Shown here piece after piece: positions 36,242 through 48,881 of a stretch of 64,000 nucleotides of DNA. The notes below the pieces were generated by a model, which had not been told where the DNA came from, did no database searches, and saw nothing but the letters and a program-made list of their open reading frames with translations. The stretch lies in assembly GCA_030295235.1 (NCBI GenBank), contig AP026155.1, positions 62,001 through 126,000 of the forward strand. The letters run 5' to 3'. The first letter of the stretch is position 1. The number at the start of each line of letters is the position of its first letter. This stretch comes from Fistulifera solaris. Its lineage: Eukaryota. The position numbers and the translations under genes are program-made.

Positions 36242-37092
36242 ATGATAATACCCATTCATGCTGCACGACTCTGCTTCTCTGTTCTTCTACCGTCGCTCTT
36301 TCATTACCGTCACTTCTTGGTCGACGGATTTGTGACCGTCGCCTTTCGATCTGTCCACAATCACATTCTATTCGTCCCATTTTCGCCCCGACACACAAGA
36401 CGTGCAAAAAGCCGTGATCTTAATACAGAGAGCGACGATGATGATACCGACTGGACTCCCGTCAAAATTAATGAAGTACTCGATAGCGAAACGAACGGCT
36501 TGGACGATGATGATTGGCTTCCCGACCGTGAACGTGTTCGACAACAAAAAGCCAAAGCGCGTATTTATGCGGAAAAAGTGAGTCCTTCACCATACACAGA
36601 AGATGAAGAAGAAGTCATTGCTGCCATGGGGGCAAAACACGACAAGCTCCTCGTGAACAGGGATTCTTGGGGGATTCCACCTTGCAAGAAATTTGTACCG
36701 ATTACAGCGTTCCCATTTGTTATATAGCCGATGTTTTGTGTATGTGGAGGACCGAGCCACCGATTCATATGCACGATCGATTGGGTGATTTGGTAACGGG
36801 AGAACAGGCCTTTGCCTTGTTGGAGGCCGTCAACTCGCTGGATGTTGCTGCCTTGCAAGATCGGTATTCGAATCAAAGTTTGTGGCAAGTCTGTCAGGAA
36901 TGGGAGATTGATTTAGCGCAAGGCTTTCAAATGGCCATGACAGAAGGATGGAGTCTACCGTTTGGGGTTCATACCAATTTGCGGGTGGAACAGGAAAATG
37001 AACTGATACGTGTTTTGGGCAATCCGCTGGCGATGACCCGAGGGACGGATGATGACGACGACGAAGACTATGATTGGGATGATGACGACTAG
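36242..37092 (+). CDS. Hypothetical protein, possibly plastid-targeted
   Basis: Signal-like N-terminus (...LVDG-F), acidic linker and a globular C-terminal part (GFLGDSTLQEICTDYSVP...WSLPFGV); one frameshift near 36640. Confidence 0.55.
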
Positions 37093-37276
37093 AACGCTGA
37101 CACTTAAGTAGATATGTATAATTTAGTTTAAGTTATTTATATAGTATAGAATCACTCAGGGGCTGGCAGTATCAACATTTGCAAAAGTCGCAGCCCCCAT
37201 GCACAATTTGTTTGGAGGAGTCTCTGCGGCACCGATCTCAACTCCTACATATAATCTATTGCATTAGATTCGAATG

Positions 37277-38862
37277 CTATTCCTCATCTGAATTGGTTCC
37301 CATGGACTGCAGGGAACGCGTCGTTAAATGCATGGTACGATCTCCCGCAAGTTCCACCGCATCGCCGAGACGTTCGTGAATCTGATTGATTTCATCCGTA
37401 ATTTGTATACAAAAAGCTTTCATAGAAGGTCGCACATCCGGAGAATTACTCCAAGCGCGTTCCATAGTGTTATGAAGTGCCGCTGGGAGTATGTTGTTAA
37501 TTTTGCGGGGGCGTCTCTGTTTTTCAACGACATGTTCAAAATGCTTCGACGCGCAGAAATTGGGAAATGGCGTTTCGAGGGCGAATAACTCCCACATCAG
37601 AATTGAATATGAAAAGACGTCGGCAGAGAATCCGTACGGTTCGCAGCGCACGACTTCCGGAGCCATGTATCGCCGACTGCCCGTCAGACCCGTACATTCG
37701 TAACGATCGGGGGCTTCAACGAGATCTTTTGCTTTCAGCTCCTTAGCCAAGCCGAAGTCAAACACTTGCAAATCATTTCGAACGTTGAATCCTAGGCTGA
37801 AAAACATGTCAAGCACAAATGAGACGAGCAGGGGGAGACAACGTTTCAACCAGACACGTACTTATCAGGTTTCAGGTCTCTGAAGAGAATTTTCTTGCCA
37901 TGCAAGAAATTAAGTGCCCGGGCAATGTCCAGTGCCACAACCAAGCGCTCCGCTAAAAACATCTCCTCTTCAGGTGCGACTTTCTTAACAATCAATTGCT
38001 GCAACCAGTTCTTCTTTGTCTTCTTTTTGGCTTGTTGCCATTCGAGTAACCGTTCTCCCAAAGTACACGTCAATCGATCTAGAACGAGCCCAAAAGAAGC
38101 CGTACCTGCTTCTCCGACCGTCGCACGCAAGCGTATAATGTTGGTGTGGGTCGTGCATTCCAAAAAGCGGGCTTCGCATGCTAAATCCAGTATAGCATCC
38201 AAACGATCGCACGCATCCGGTTTCAAACGTTTCAATGCGTACCGTGGGACACCGTCGCGCAGGACACGAGCAGCCACTCGTGCTTTTAAAGAAGCCATAC
38301 TTGTTACAGCTTTCTTACTTTTCGGTTGTTCTTTTGGTTTGCAGCCTGCATCATCATCGTCGTCACTCGAAAAGTCGTCTTTGACGCAATCACAAATGGC
38401 GTGGGCTTTCTTGCGCACAGAGATTGTCTCATCATCTTCTTTCGTTTCACCTTCTTCCGAATCACTCGTTAAAATCGTAATGGATTTCGGAGGTATAAAC
38501 GGTGACGGCGGAAGCGGCGCGACGTAATCATCGTCCGGGTATACTGTGGAACCCAGATGACAGGGATCTCCGGGAGGAACTAATACGTCAACAATCTCCA
38601 ATACTTCACCAAATTCACCCTTGCCGAGCTCATCGCCTACGATAACCTCCGAAGGATCACGAAAAGAAGGAATTGATCGCGCAGGGTTTTCCCCAAAGAA
38701 CCGAGAGTCTTCTACCAAGTCTCTTAATACGAGCGCTGTGGTCTCTAACGTTTCATTGTGAGGAGAAACCGCACGCGCTTTGCGCTTCCCGACCGATGTG
38801 ATGGAAATGTCACTGTTGATAGCTTGTGAGGATGACATCGACTCGCATGTCATGTGTTGCAA
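37277..38862 (-). CDS. Protein kinase (TKL-like) with long insert between subdomains I and II
   Basis: LGKGEFGEV, YALK, FRDLKPD|N, DFGLAK, GSRRYMAPE, DVFSY; intron 37797-37861. Confidence 0.92.
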
Positions 38863-39534
38863 TGAATTGTGTTCGAATCTTATGAGTTATGATGCAACAA
38901 GAGATGCGCGGTCTGCGATATTTCAAGAAAAGAGGCGGATCGAGGCAGGGCACGGTGCGGCAATGGCAATTGTGACAGTATCCTACATCATAAAACAGCA
39001 CACCACATTAAGTTCTATAGTCAACTCTCAACGGCGAATCACCGTTAAAAGTGGATTGTGTTACGAGTCGTAACAGTACTTCCGTTTCTGCGCCGTTTAC
39101 TCGTGCTTTACGAAGGAATAGACTACGGTAAGATAGCTATTTTCGATTGTTACACATTTTTTTTCATTGCTAGTCTAGCTTTTAGTTTCTCGTACCTCGT
39201 ACAGGGCGTTAAAGCAACAATAATCCAAATCAATTTGAAATCAATTATCAATGGATCTGCGGATCTGTTGTGCAACAAGCGCATGGCATCGTAACATCGA
39301 CCAAGAATAGTCTGTCGTGCCAAGGAACGACAACCAACATCTTTTTTAGCTCAAAACGTAACGAGACGAATGATGTCAAGCTGTGAAAGTGTACGCAAAA
39401 GGCTAGGAAAATTATTGCTCCTCCTTAGAGTTTAATGCGTCAGCCACGACCTCCATTCGAAAGGAAGCGTAAATTATTGCGCAAATAGTTTCTTAAACAA
39501 ATTCAATCGTTACTTTTGTTTCGAATCTAGACAA

Positions 39535-40698
39535 TTACGCCTTGTCTTGAATGACCCAAGATGGACATCCCAATGCCGGCAGATTCTCTTGCGGCGCGGC
39601 GCACGAAGCCATCTTTTCATCCCAAGTATTCATGACACAGTACCATTCTCCTTCGTATTGCTTGGCGTCCATACTCTTCAACAAGGCCCGCCATTTTCCG
39701 CATTTCTGATTGCAGCAACGAATCCATTCGTACGCATCCTTCGAACTGAGAGTGCGCTTCTTTTGTCGAGTCGCCAAGGGCTGACGCGCTTCGTAGGCTT
39801 CATTGGTTTGCAAGCGGCGAACCCAGACACGAAAGTGGCGACGTGTACGCGCATCTGCTGCCGATTCAGGTGTGTGAGGTGTTTCGTATTCTTCTTCCGG
39901 TGCCGAGCAACGCGCGCGTTCGGGGTCGTTCTTGTTCATGCTGCAGTACCATTTCGAAGGAAGTTTCTTTTCGTCAACAACACCGCGCAATCGACGCCAC
40001 TTCTTGCACTTATCGCACTCGACCCAAGTTGCGTTGGAAGAGCCAGTGGTTTGCCCAAAGATGGACCCACCGTCGCGGACCATATCCGGATCTTCCGTGC
40101 TCTCGAACAATGCGTCCTGATCCTTTTTACCCTTTTTCGTGACGGGTACAGGGGCGGTAGCTCCTGAGACAGCAGCCGCTGCTGCCTGAGCGCGGCGGAG
40201 TTTCTTCTTGGTCTTTTCCGCCGCGGCATCTTGTCCTTGTTTCAGAGAACCTTCTTCCTCGTCGTCGTCGTCATTCTCTCGTTCTTCTTCCTCCTCATCA
40301 TCATCATCTTCATCGTCTTCCTTATCACGTAGTATCTTAGGTTGCCCCAGATACTTGCGAGCTGCGTGCTGCAAGGCTGAACGGTCCAAGCGGATGGCTT
40401 GACCGAAGTACAGAAAAGGTTCGTCTTCCGAGTCACTATCGGAGTAATCGACAATACTCCCCTGTGCACTGTACTTGTCTTCTTCTAGCGCTCGGCGCAT
40501 TTGATCGTTAACGGCTTGCTGAGCGGCATCTGTACGACGGATCGTTTTGGGTAACTTGGTGCGTTTCGCAGCATTCGGATTGCCGTTACCGTTGTTGTTG
40601 CTGCTGCTGCTCGACGGTAAAGGGCGTTTGGTGGGTTTATTATTCACCTTCTTGACCTTGCGAGACTCATCCGCGATACTGCTTGTTTCCACTTCCAT
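39535..40698 (-). CDS. Protein with two CW-type zinc fingers
   Basis: WVECDKCKKWR...WYCSMN...C.APEE and WIRCCNQKCGKWR...WYCVMN...C.APQE; acidic and basic low-complexity N-terminus. Confidence 0.9.
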   Translation of the reverse strand: MEVETSSIADESRKVKKVNNKPTKRPLPSSSSSNNNGNGNPNAAKRTKLPKTIRRTDAAQQAVNDQMRRALEEDKYSAQGSIVDYSDSDSEDEPFLYFGQAIRLDRSALQHAARKYLGQPKILRDKEDDEDDDDEEEEERENDDDDEEEGSLKQGQDAAAEKTKKKLRRAQAAAAAVSGATAPVPVTKKGKKDQDALFESTEDPDMVRDGGSIFGQTTGSSNATWVECDKCKKWRRLRGVVDEKKLPSKWYCSMNKNDPERARCSAPEEEYETPHTPESAADARTRRHFRVWVRRLQTNEAYEARQPLATRQKKRTLSSKDAYEWIRCCNQKCGKWRALLKSMDAKQYEGEWYCVMNTWDEKMASCAAPQENLPALGCPSWVIQDKA

Positions 40699-41082
40699 GA
40701 TTGCAGGTGTTCAACGGGCTTTAACGTTGAATAAACGATAGAATGAGAAGCAATTAAAAGCTTTTTTGCCTTGTTTGTTGCGCTTAAATAAATAATGCCC
40801 TTCATCTTACTACGTAATCATCACCGTTATTGTGTCTGCCGCGCGGTGAAAATCGCGCACGATGATTGCAATGTCGTACAGGTTGTTTATATTGTTCGCG
40901 GTACTCGGTGCTAGGACTCCCATCGCCCGCATCGTTATTCGTTTACATTATTGTGTGTTTCATTTCGAGGACTCCCACGAACTTTTTGCCCCCTCTTCCC
41001 TCTTTCTCCCTCTTTTATCGCTCTTTTTCTCACAAAATTAATCACCGTCCGTTGGATCAAACCAGAACAAAAGCAAACAAAC

Positions 41083-41397
41083 ATGATGTTCACGCGATCT
41101 TTGATTTCTTACTTTCTCGGCTGCTCGGGTCCCACCTGGAACTTCCGTGTCACGTGCGATGCTGATATTGGTATCCAAACGACCGATGGCCATTTGGATG
41201 TTTCCATTCCCTTTCATCGTCTTGAAATGACCGCTCTGCATGAGCAGGAGTACCAAGTTACTTGGCAGTGCTGTGTGTGTATCCCAGACGACGACACCAA
41301 CCCGCCGCAACTCGTCGACTACTTTGGGAATGGCCCCTTTTTGAGCCATTGTCAAGTGCAACCTGACGTACCAGTGTCATCAGTATCTACCCACTAA
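41083..41397 (+). CDS. Small hypothetical protein (~104 aa) with GCSGP and CCxCxP motifs, copy A
   Basis: Motifs are shared with 41788-42162; A-rich context before the ATG. Confidence 0.55.
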   Translation: MMFTRSLISYFLGCSGPTWNFRVTCDADIGIQTTDGHLDVSIPFHRLEMTALHEQEYQVTWQCCVCIPDDDTNPPQLVDYFGNGPFLSHCQVQPDVPVSSVSTH

Positions 41398-41787
41398 TCG
41401 CTGAATGTACGCGAGCATTTTTTATTATGCGCAACGTTAATATAAAATTGATTTAGCTACTTTCTAAAGTACGTCTATCTTCACATGAATACTGGTAGGG
41501 TAATGAAATGTTTGTCATGTAATCATGCTGACGACGGTTGATGATCATGAAATACGTAGTATTGACGTCAATTTTCTATCATGTCGACGATGGGATGGCC
41601 ATACCTGGTAACGGCTCTTTTTTAAAGGACTCCCACGGTAACAAACAAGCCTTCAAACTGTGATTCAAAAGAGGCTCCCACGTCCTATGATTTTCTGTAT
41701 TCCTTTTCATTTCCGTGCTTCCTTGCTCATAAAAAGCAAATTATCATCATCATCATCGTTCATTCCTCAATCACTCTTTTTTCCAGC

Positions 41788-42162
41788 ATGCTTTTACGTC
41801 GCTGGCTTACATCGGTGATGGGGATAGGCTGTTCTGGTCCTCCTCCGACTCGAAGAAAGATTCACGTGGAGTGCAATCATTCCGAGACGCATCACAGCAT
41901 GGTGCATGGACTCGAATCGTCGTTTCCGGGTGAAATGGTGCAAGTAGAGGTCACTGGAGTCGATAGACAGTACGTCGGAATCTTTCATTGTTGCTTTTGT
42001 CCTCCGGGTAAGCAAAACAATCATCATCGTTACGATAATGACTGGTTTAATATCACAACGTGGGAAAGTGAATTGACGCGATGGGCTCAAAACATTCGTG
42101 ACGATGTCGAACACTGTGCGATTGTACTTGAGCCAGACAACTCCATAGTCACCTCGCTGTAA
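41788..42162 (+). CDS. Small hypothetical protein (124 aa) with GCSGP and CCxCxP motifs, copy B
   Basis: MLLRRWLTSVMGIGCSGP...FHCCFCPP parallels MMFTRSLISYFLGCSGP...WQCCVCIP. Confidence 0.55.
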   Translation: MLLRRWLTSVMGIGCSGPPPTRRKIHVECNHSETHHSMVHGLESSFPGEMVQVEVTGVDRQYVGIFHCCFCPPGKQNNHHRYDNDWFNITTWESELTRWAQNIRDDVEHCAIVLEPDNSIVTSL

Positions 42163-42880
42163 GAGCTGTAAGAGTAAATATTTGGAGCGCGTTTAGTTGA
42201 TCATTCATTTCCAAATTAAACATCTTGTGACCATTTTTGAAAGCAGACTGGCCGGCTAAAACCGTCATTATTTGTCATTTGTCCTTCTTGCAAAAAAATT
42301 CTCTGTTACGAATGTTGTGTTTCTATTCTACTATAGACCGATGTAGTAGTCTTGGATGCTGACGCCTAAAACCAGTGTGATTCGATAAGGTAGTCAGTCT
42401 TTCTAGATGGCCATGCGTCATACGTCGCTATCACTTTCACGAGTTTGTTTGAATGCAATGTCTTAATAGTGCTACGCGTACTACGAACTAACGTTGCTCA
42501 TTCGCACTACCAGGTACTGGTAAAAAGCGATGTTCACAATTCATTCGCAATCGAAACGAAAAAAGAGCGAAGATACAACGCTTCGTTGCTTTTTCCGACA
42601 TGGATATTTCCTAAAAATAAACGATAATCGACATCAAAGTAATTCAAGTATGTTGAACGCATAAAAGATAGAACGCTTCAAATGAAATAACAAATTTAAA
42701 GTGTGAATTTGTGGTGCACAGTCTAGGTAGATTCAGAATGAGGCTGCTAACATAACATCAATCGTTCTGCAAGCTTTGTCTTATCAACGAACTAGTACTG
42801 GTAAATCCATAATGGCGAAACACTTTGAAAAAAAGTTGCAGCAATATTTACTATTCGCCAAAGTGTAAGCGACCTTTTAT

Positions 42881-42928
42881 CACGACTGGATTTCAGTCAT
42901 GAATCAAGATTTTTCCGAGCCAGACTTT
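42881..42928 (+). repeat. Copy of dispersed ~45-bp intergenic repeat
   Basis: CACGACTGGATTTCAGTCATGAATCAAGATTTTTCCGAGCCAGACTTT. Confidence 0.7.
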
Positions 42929-43356
42929 TGTTGAACCAAAGTTCGTCCTAACCTGTACTTGCACTTGTTTGGTACAAGGTAAATTTGTCTCTAAAAGGTC
43001 TCTCCGTGTTTTATTTTTCACTAGAATTTGCATCGATCAATGGCATTATCGCTGTCTTAAATACTTCGATAATTCGAAATATTTTCAGCTATGCGCCATA
43101 ATCGATGTTAGGGTTTGTGTTAACTCATTTGTCTGGCATACGTCCGTTTTCTCGATTTACAGTCACGAAACGTTTCCAACCAAGCGCGTTGCTTTTTTCC
43201 TCCTTTCAATTTTACTCGGAGTACTTTATTGTAGTAACGCAATCGATCGCGAAGAAGAAAACTACACCTGAACTTTGCAATCGTTAAGCATTCTTAACCT
43301 CTCCCAGGTATAGCGTTTAGCTTTTATTTATTTGTTAATTACTCAGTATTCATCAT

Positions 43357-45385
43357 CATGGGAAAAGGAAAGGCAAAAATCATGAAAATGGTGAACAAAA
43401 AGGCCAAAAAGAGTAAAAGCGAACTCTCCGCGCGACAACGATGGAGCGGCGGCAACGAACTCGATCCGCAACAACCACCTGCGAGGTTTTGACTTTGGTT
43501 TTAATTCTGTCGAAGAGTCAGCAAAAAAGACAAACAAGAAGAAAAAGAAGAAAAAGAAGAAGGACAAGTCAAACGAGTCAAAAAGCGGACAACATTTTAA
43601 AAAGGAACAAAACCAACAAAGAGACGCCAACAATTCCACTACTACCGCAACTCTTGACCGTATCAAAAGTTCAGATAGATCATCTCCTTGGCTGGAAGCA
43701 CAAGCCACTGCTATAACGGAAGCGAGCGGAAGAGCACAGCAGCGCCCGCACAAGCGTTCCCGGTCTGTTGCTAATTTACCGACTGTGAATATTCCGACAG
43801 ACTTACTGGATGAAGAATTGATGGCATTTGCTGCTTATGTGCAATTGACTCCAGAAGAGCAAGCAGCACGAGAAGCTCTAGTACAGTCCTTGCAAGAAGT
43901 TGCGGCGAATCAACAACAGGAAGTGCGTGTTTTTGGATCCTTTGCCACGCCCCAAGTGTGTGTCTTTTCCTCCGATATTGATATTGCTTTGTGGGGTGCC
44001 ATTTCGGATCCACCGGCACCAGCTCCGAAAGTTAAAGCAGCTCCCACTTCGGAACAATTGGAACAAGAACGCAAACGCCAACGAATAGAGTCGTGGAGGG
44101 CGGCTTTGGCGCAAGTAGACGCGGCCAACGAAACGGTACCGGATGGTGTGCGGCATGCTTCAGTGGGAAGTTTACAGGAAGCGCTTTCTACCACCAAATC
44201 AATAGAAGAAGATGCGTGTCCTACTTTTGTAATCGATCGGGTCGGGTTTGTTGCGGATTCGTCAGATCCAGTCATTGAAGATACGACCACCGCTCAACCG
44301 CCGATATCCCCTTCTCATGAGTCTTTTGACGAAAGTGACAATGACTCAGCGGATAAGATGGAATCTTTTCAACGCTCTCAGTCAAGGTTATCCGAAGTGC
44401 AACCTAGCTATAACCGATATGTCAGTCTCTCGTCGGAAAGTTCGGATGATGAGAGTGTTTTGGACGACGAAGACGATACGAATGTCGATAACATGCAAGT
44501 ATCATTTTTTAACAATCCGCTGCAAGCCCGAGTGGGTCCAACGGGGCGGATACGTAATAAGGTTTTAGATGCTTTGGGTTCCTTTCGACAAGACCTACGC
44601 TCCATGAACTCGAAATGGATTCGGAAGGTCACGTTCATAACGAAAGCTCGTGTACCTATTTTGAAGATGGATACGATACTGGGTGTGGAAGTCGATGTGG
44701 CGATTGGAGGGCATAATGGGACAGATACAAGTCAATTTGCGGCAAAACAAAGTGAACTCTACAAGAGGTATGCGAGTCTGTGGTGTATCTTTTGTTATAG
44801 ATTGTCCTTCGGTCAAGTCTTCTTACGACCGCTTTAGCTTTTCTACCGTCGTTTTGTTTTTAAAGGCATTGTTGCATCAGCATCGTCTTGACGTTCCGTT
44901 TACGGGGGGTTTGGGGAGCTACAAATTGTACGTTTTAGTAGCGTATCATATCCAGCAACACATGTTAGCAGGTGGTCAAGATGAGCCGGGAGAAGTTCTC
45001 ATGAGCTTCTTTTTCCGTTTCGGAGACATTCATGGCTTCAGTCACGTTTCACAGAGATGCCGAACAAGGTTGAGGCAGCATGAACCTCTTTATTACCAAG
45101 ACGATACCATGGCTGACCTTTCCAACGTATTTAATCTGGAATTGTGCAGGGGATTATTCCGGCGCTCTTGGGATTTGCTTCTGAAAACTCTGACAACAAC
45201 AAAAAAAATCAAAGGGGACGAGATCGCCTGTGTTGCGTCATCTGATTGACGGTCACCAAATTCATGCTCAGCGAAATCTTTGTCAGATTCAAACTGCACA
45301 AGTTGCTAAGAAACTATTGCCAGCAAAACGGAAGATTGTCGACGAGGCTAGCGTACCCGCGATAAAGCGACTTCGTTTCTCATGA
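43357..45385 (+). CDS. Non-canonical poly(A) polymerase (Trf4/PAPD5-like nucleotidyltransferase)
   Basis: VFGSFAT...SSDIDI, KARVPILK, EVDVAIG, L.VPFTGGLGSYKLY; Lys-rich N-terminus; intron 44768-44837. Frameshifts in the 5' region and in the A run near 45205. Confidence 0.85.
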
Positions 45386-45732
45386 ATCGCATTCTAAACA
45401 TGAAGCGAGTTCTTTTGCGGTCGAATGTGCGAGCTGAGACGGATAAACCACAGCACGATCTGCTAAATTGTTGGATTGAGATTATCAATTCGATATCGAT
45501 AAGATTTAGAGGGGACGCAAAATGCTCGTGACCATTCTCAGATATCGCAAGTCCAGGAGGACGATTTTGACGTTTGACTAGTAGGTATTAAGTAGTTTAT
45601 TTCAAAACTCTCTGTCAACGCATCTCGCAGCACAACATGCTATTGTCTGTCGTTAAAATTTGTATTGTGTATCGAATGTGCAACGAAAGTCGAGGCAAAA
45701 GTTTGCTCCGCTTTATATCAGATCTCGCTTGA

Positions 45733-46649
45733 TTACGAGCACTGTGAACTTGTCGCAACCGGCCACCTTCCACCGAAACAGCCCGAGACTTCTTCGACAG
45801 TCCCGTCACGATATGTGAGAGCAAACGAAGTAGCACCCGATTGTCCGTCCAAATTGGCAGCCCACGTGGCTCCTGATACACGGCTTAGATGAATCCTTTT
45901 TCCACCGAGATTCATAGAGACGGCTTTGACACTCGTGTGCCCTCCGGCAACCAAAACTTTGGTATAAAACGCATTGTCACCAGTTAACACTACGACTGTT
46001 GGGGGTGTAAAAATGCAGTCGACTCGTTTAAAGTAAACCGGAAAGATACCACCTACTGAGTTCCCTGTGATCTCTTCAAAGACTTCCGGTTGACAGTCAA
46101 ATCCCCTTATGTCACCATGGTTGATGACTTGAACGGTTGCTTTACCAGCACGGCCTGGATTGGTCGCTTTCTCTCCAGTATATGTAATCTCGTAGCAGGT
46201 GCCACATTCAAGGCCGTCTTGGAACATTTCGATAGGTACCGCGCATACTCTTGTACCGTTAAATGTATACGGCTCCAACCAGCTGCTTCCCTGAGCAATA
46301 GACGCTGGCTGCGTCAGTTGACACGAGCCTGGTGGTATCGGGTGGGTTGGTGTTTGCCATCGTGTCATTACTGCCTTGACTGCAATCCGTCGTCGAATGA
46401 AAAGATAGTGAGCACTCTAGATAACAGAGCAGAAAACACGTCTTTTTTTGCTTAAAAATACTTACCGCTTCCGGCAGGAATGCTTATTTGTTCGTTGTCA
46501 CCAGGGATGCTATTCTCAAAGTCCACTTCGTCGCGGGGGCTAGCAAAGTCACATACGTCTTGCAGCCATCGCTCTGCATGACTGTGAGGTATGCAGCCAA
46601 AGGCCAAAAACGCAAAGATTGCTATTTTTTCAACCCGACTCTTCATCAT
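45733..46649 (-). CDS. Secreted expansin-like protein 1 (DPBB + CBM63-like)
   Basis: Signal peptide; phase-1 intron 46380-46465; GSC...CAV...ECGTCYEI...VQVIN...FDC...F..I...G.FPV.FKRVDC; then NAFYTKVLV...LSRVSGATW. Confidence 0.8.
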
Positions 46650-47335
46650 CGTCAAATTTGTCGATGGATTGGAAAAGGTTTCCTCTCTCATTATTTGTTT
46701 TGTGCATCCGTGAGACACGCCGATAATAGATGTTCACGGACAACCGTTTGCTGAATCTTTACAGCAAGAAAGGGCATATATAACTGGTGATAAGCCTAAA
46801 CGGACCGCAATTTTATTGGTACTGCGTTCCATATTTCATTCTTGAGCCTCGGAAAACAAAAAAATCCAAGGCTTAAGCTAAAAATGCTAGACTACTGCTC
46901 GGCCGAAAGTGGAGTAGCACGTACAGAATGACCAAATCGGAAACGTCGTGATGGACAATCAACACTTGCAACTTCGACATTGAAACATGCGATTTACAAT
47001 CATTACGATAGTACATGCTCGCCTTCGGACATCCGTTTTCGCTTTGTCTCCACGCTCCACGCATCCCAAAAAATCCCCTCATTATCTGGTATCGTCTCCC
47101 ATCAATCACTCGACTGCATTAACAATTACAAGCAAGCATCCTCTGTTAAACCGATCCAAACTACGCAAGAACACACTCATGACAGATACCTTCAAGAATT
47201 TTAGTAGTGAAGGAAGCTAGAGCTACGATAGACTGATTGATGACAAAGAATATGAGTTGGTTCTTCTTATAAATTGAGGGATGGCGCAAAGCGTGCCGTT
47301 TGGCCAAGTTTCGTTATGGATTGATGATAAAGTGC

Positions 47336-48254
47336 TCATGAGCATTGCGAACTTGTCGCGACAGGCCATTTTCCATCGAAACACCCGGAAACGGTTTCGA
47401 CTGTGCCGTCACGATATGTGAGGGCGAACGAAGTAGCACCCGATTTTCCCTCGAGCTTGGTACCCCAGGTGGCACCTGACACCCGAGTTAAGTTAAATCT
47501 CTTTCCGCCTAGGGTCATCGAGACGGCCCTGACTCCCGTGTGTCCTCCAGCCACTAGCACTTTGGTATAGAAAGCATTGTTACCGGTTAACACAACCACT
47601 GTCGGTGGTGTGAATTTGCATTCGACACGCTTGAAATAGATGGGAAAGATGCCGCCTACTGAGTTACCCGTAATTTCTTGGAACACTTCAGGTTGACAAT
47701 CGAAGCCTCGAATATCTCCGTGATTGATAACTTGAACGATTGCCTTGCCAGCACGGCCTGGATTGGTCGCCTTCTCTCCAGTGTATGTGACCTCGTAGCA
47801 GGTGCTACATTCCAAGCCAGCCTGAAACATTGCAGTCGGCACAGCGCACACTCTTGTACCGTTTAACGCGTATGGTTCTAACCAAGCTCTTCCCTCCGCA
47901 ATGGAAGGGTCTTGGGTGAGCTGACAAGAACCTGGTGGTATGGCATAGCCCGGCGTCTGCCACCTTGTCATAACACCTTTGGCTGCCAAAAGCGACACGG
48001 AGACGCAGATTGATGTTAAGTAATGGCGAGTGTAGGAAAGCAAATCGATACAAAAACATAAGGATAGACTTACTGGCTCCAACAGGGATGCTTAATTGTC
48101 CCTCAGGGACGTTGTTGCCCGGATCATCTATTTCGTCCGAAGGACCGCCTGTCACGCCACAAGAAACTTGTAGCCATCGCTCTGCATGACTTAGGGGCAA
48201 GCTCCCCACTATCAACAAGGTGAAAATAACGCTGGAAAAGTGTTTGGCTTTCAT
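47336..48254 (-). CDS. Secreted expansin-like protein 2
   Basis: Close paralogue of 45733-46649; phase-1 intron 47983-48073. Confidence 0.8.
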
Positions 48255-48881
48255 GATGATTAGTTTTCGTGAGAAATAATTGCAGACGATCGACAATTCA
48301 AACGTTGCGTTTTGTGTTTAGTGGTGAGTGAGAACATTAAAATCGGTCGAAAAAATGGGGTAAGGTGGGGCTATAGTACAAATGACGGTTATAAGAATTT
48401 TGATGATGACTTCCCCACAAGTTTTCAAAGAGCGCATGTGCTTCGCATTTTCCAGTCAACGGTAAGAATTAGGAACAACGGTCGGAATGAATCTTGGTTC
48501 TTGTTTGAATGGATACTTGGTCGTGGTGGTAATCTTACGCCTCAACCTTGCCTCAACCTTATTGATTTATGCCCTTTCTACAAGATATGGAAGTCGGAGT
48601 GCTGAATGAGGCATTTGCCAATTAATGAAGAGCAAAGCACGGATCAGACATCAGACTGATCCTCATCATCACACGGAGTCGCCCTTGACTTCATCTTTCT
48701 ATCAAGCACCACGTCAATCTCAACTAAGTATGGAACAGGTAAACACCATTTCAAAAATTACGTTATCTAATCGGTTGTCAATGGTTACCTTGAAGCTACT
48801 AGCTCGCACATTTTTTGCGGCTACAAGCTATTGGTAAAATCTACTCCGAATTTTGCTTGTCTAGCTAGGCTTTGTGTTTAG

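Noticed and set aside
37895..40402. Long antisense ORFs (37895-38527, 39547-40167 and similar ones elsewhere)
   Set aside because: Shadow frames opposite well-supported genes, with no protein-like features.
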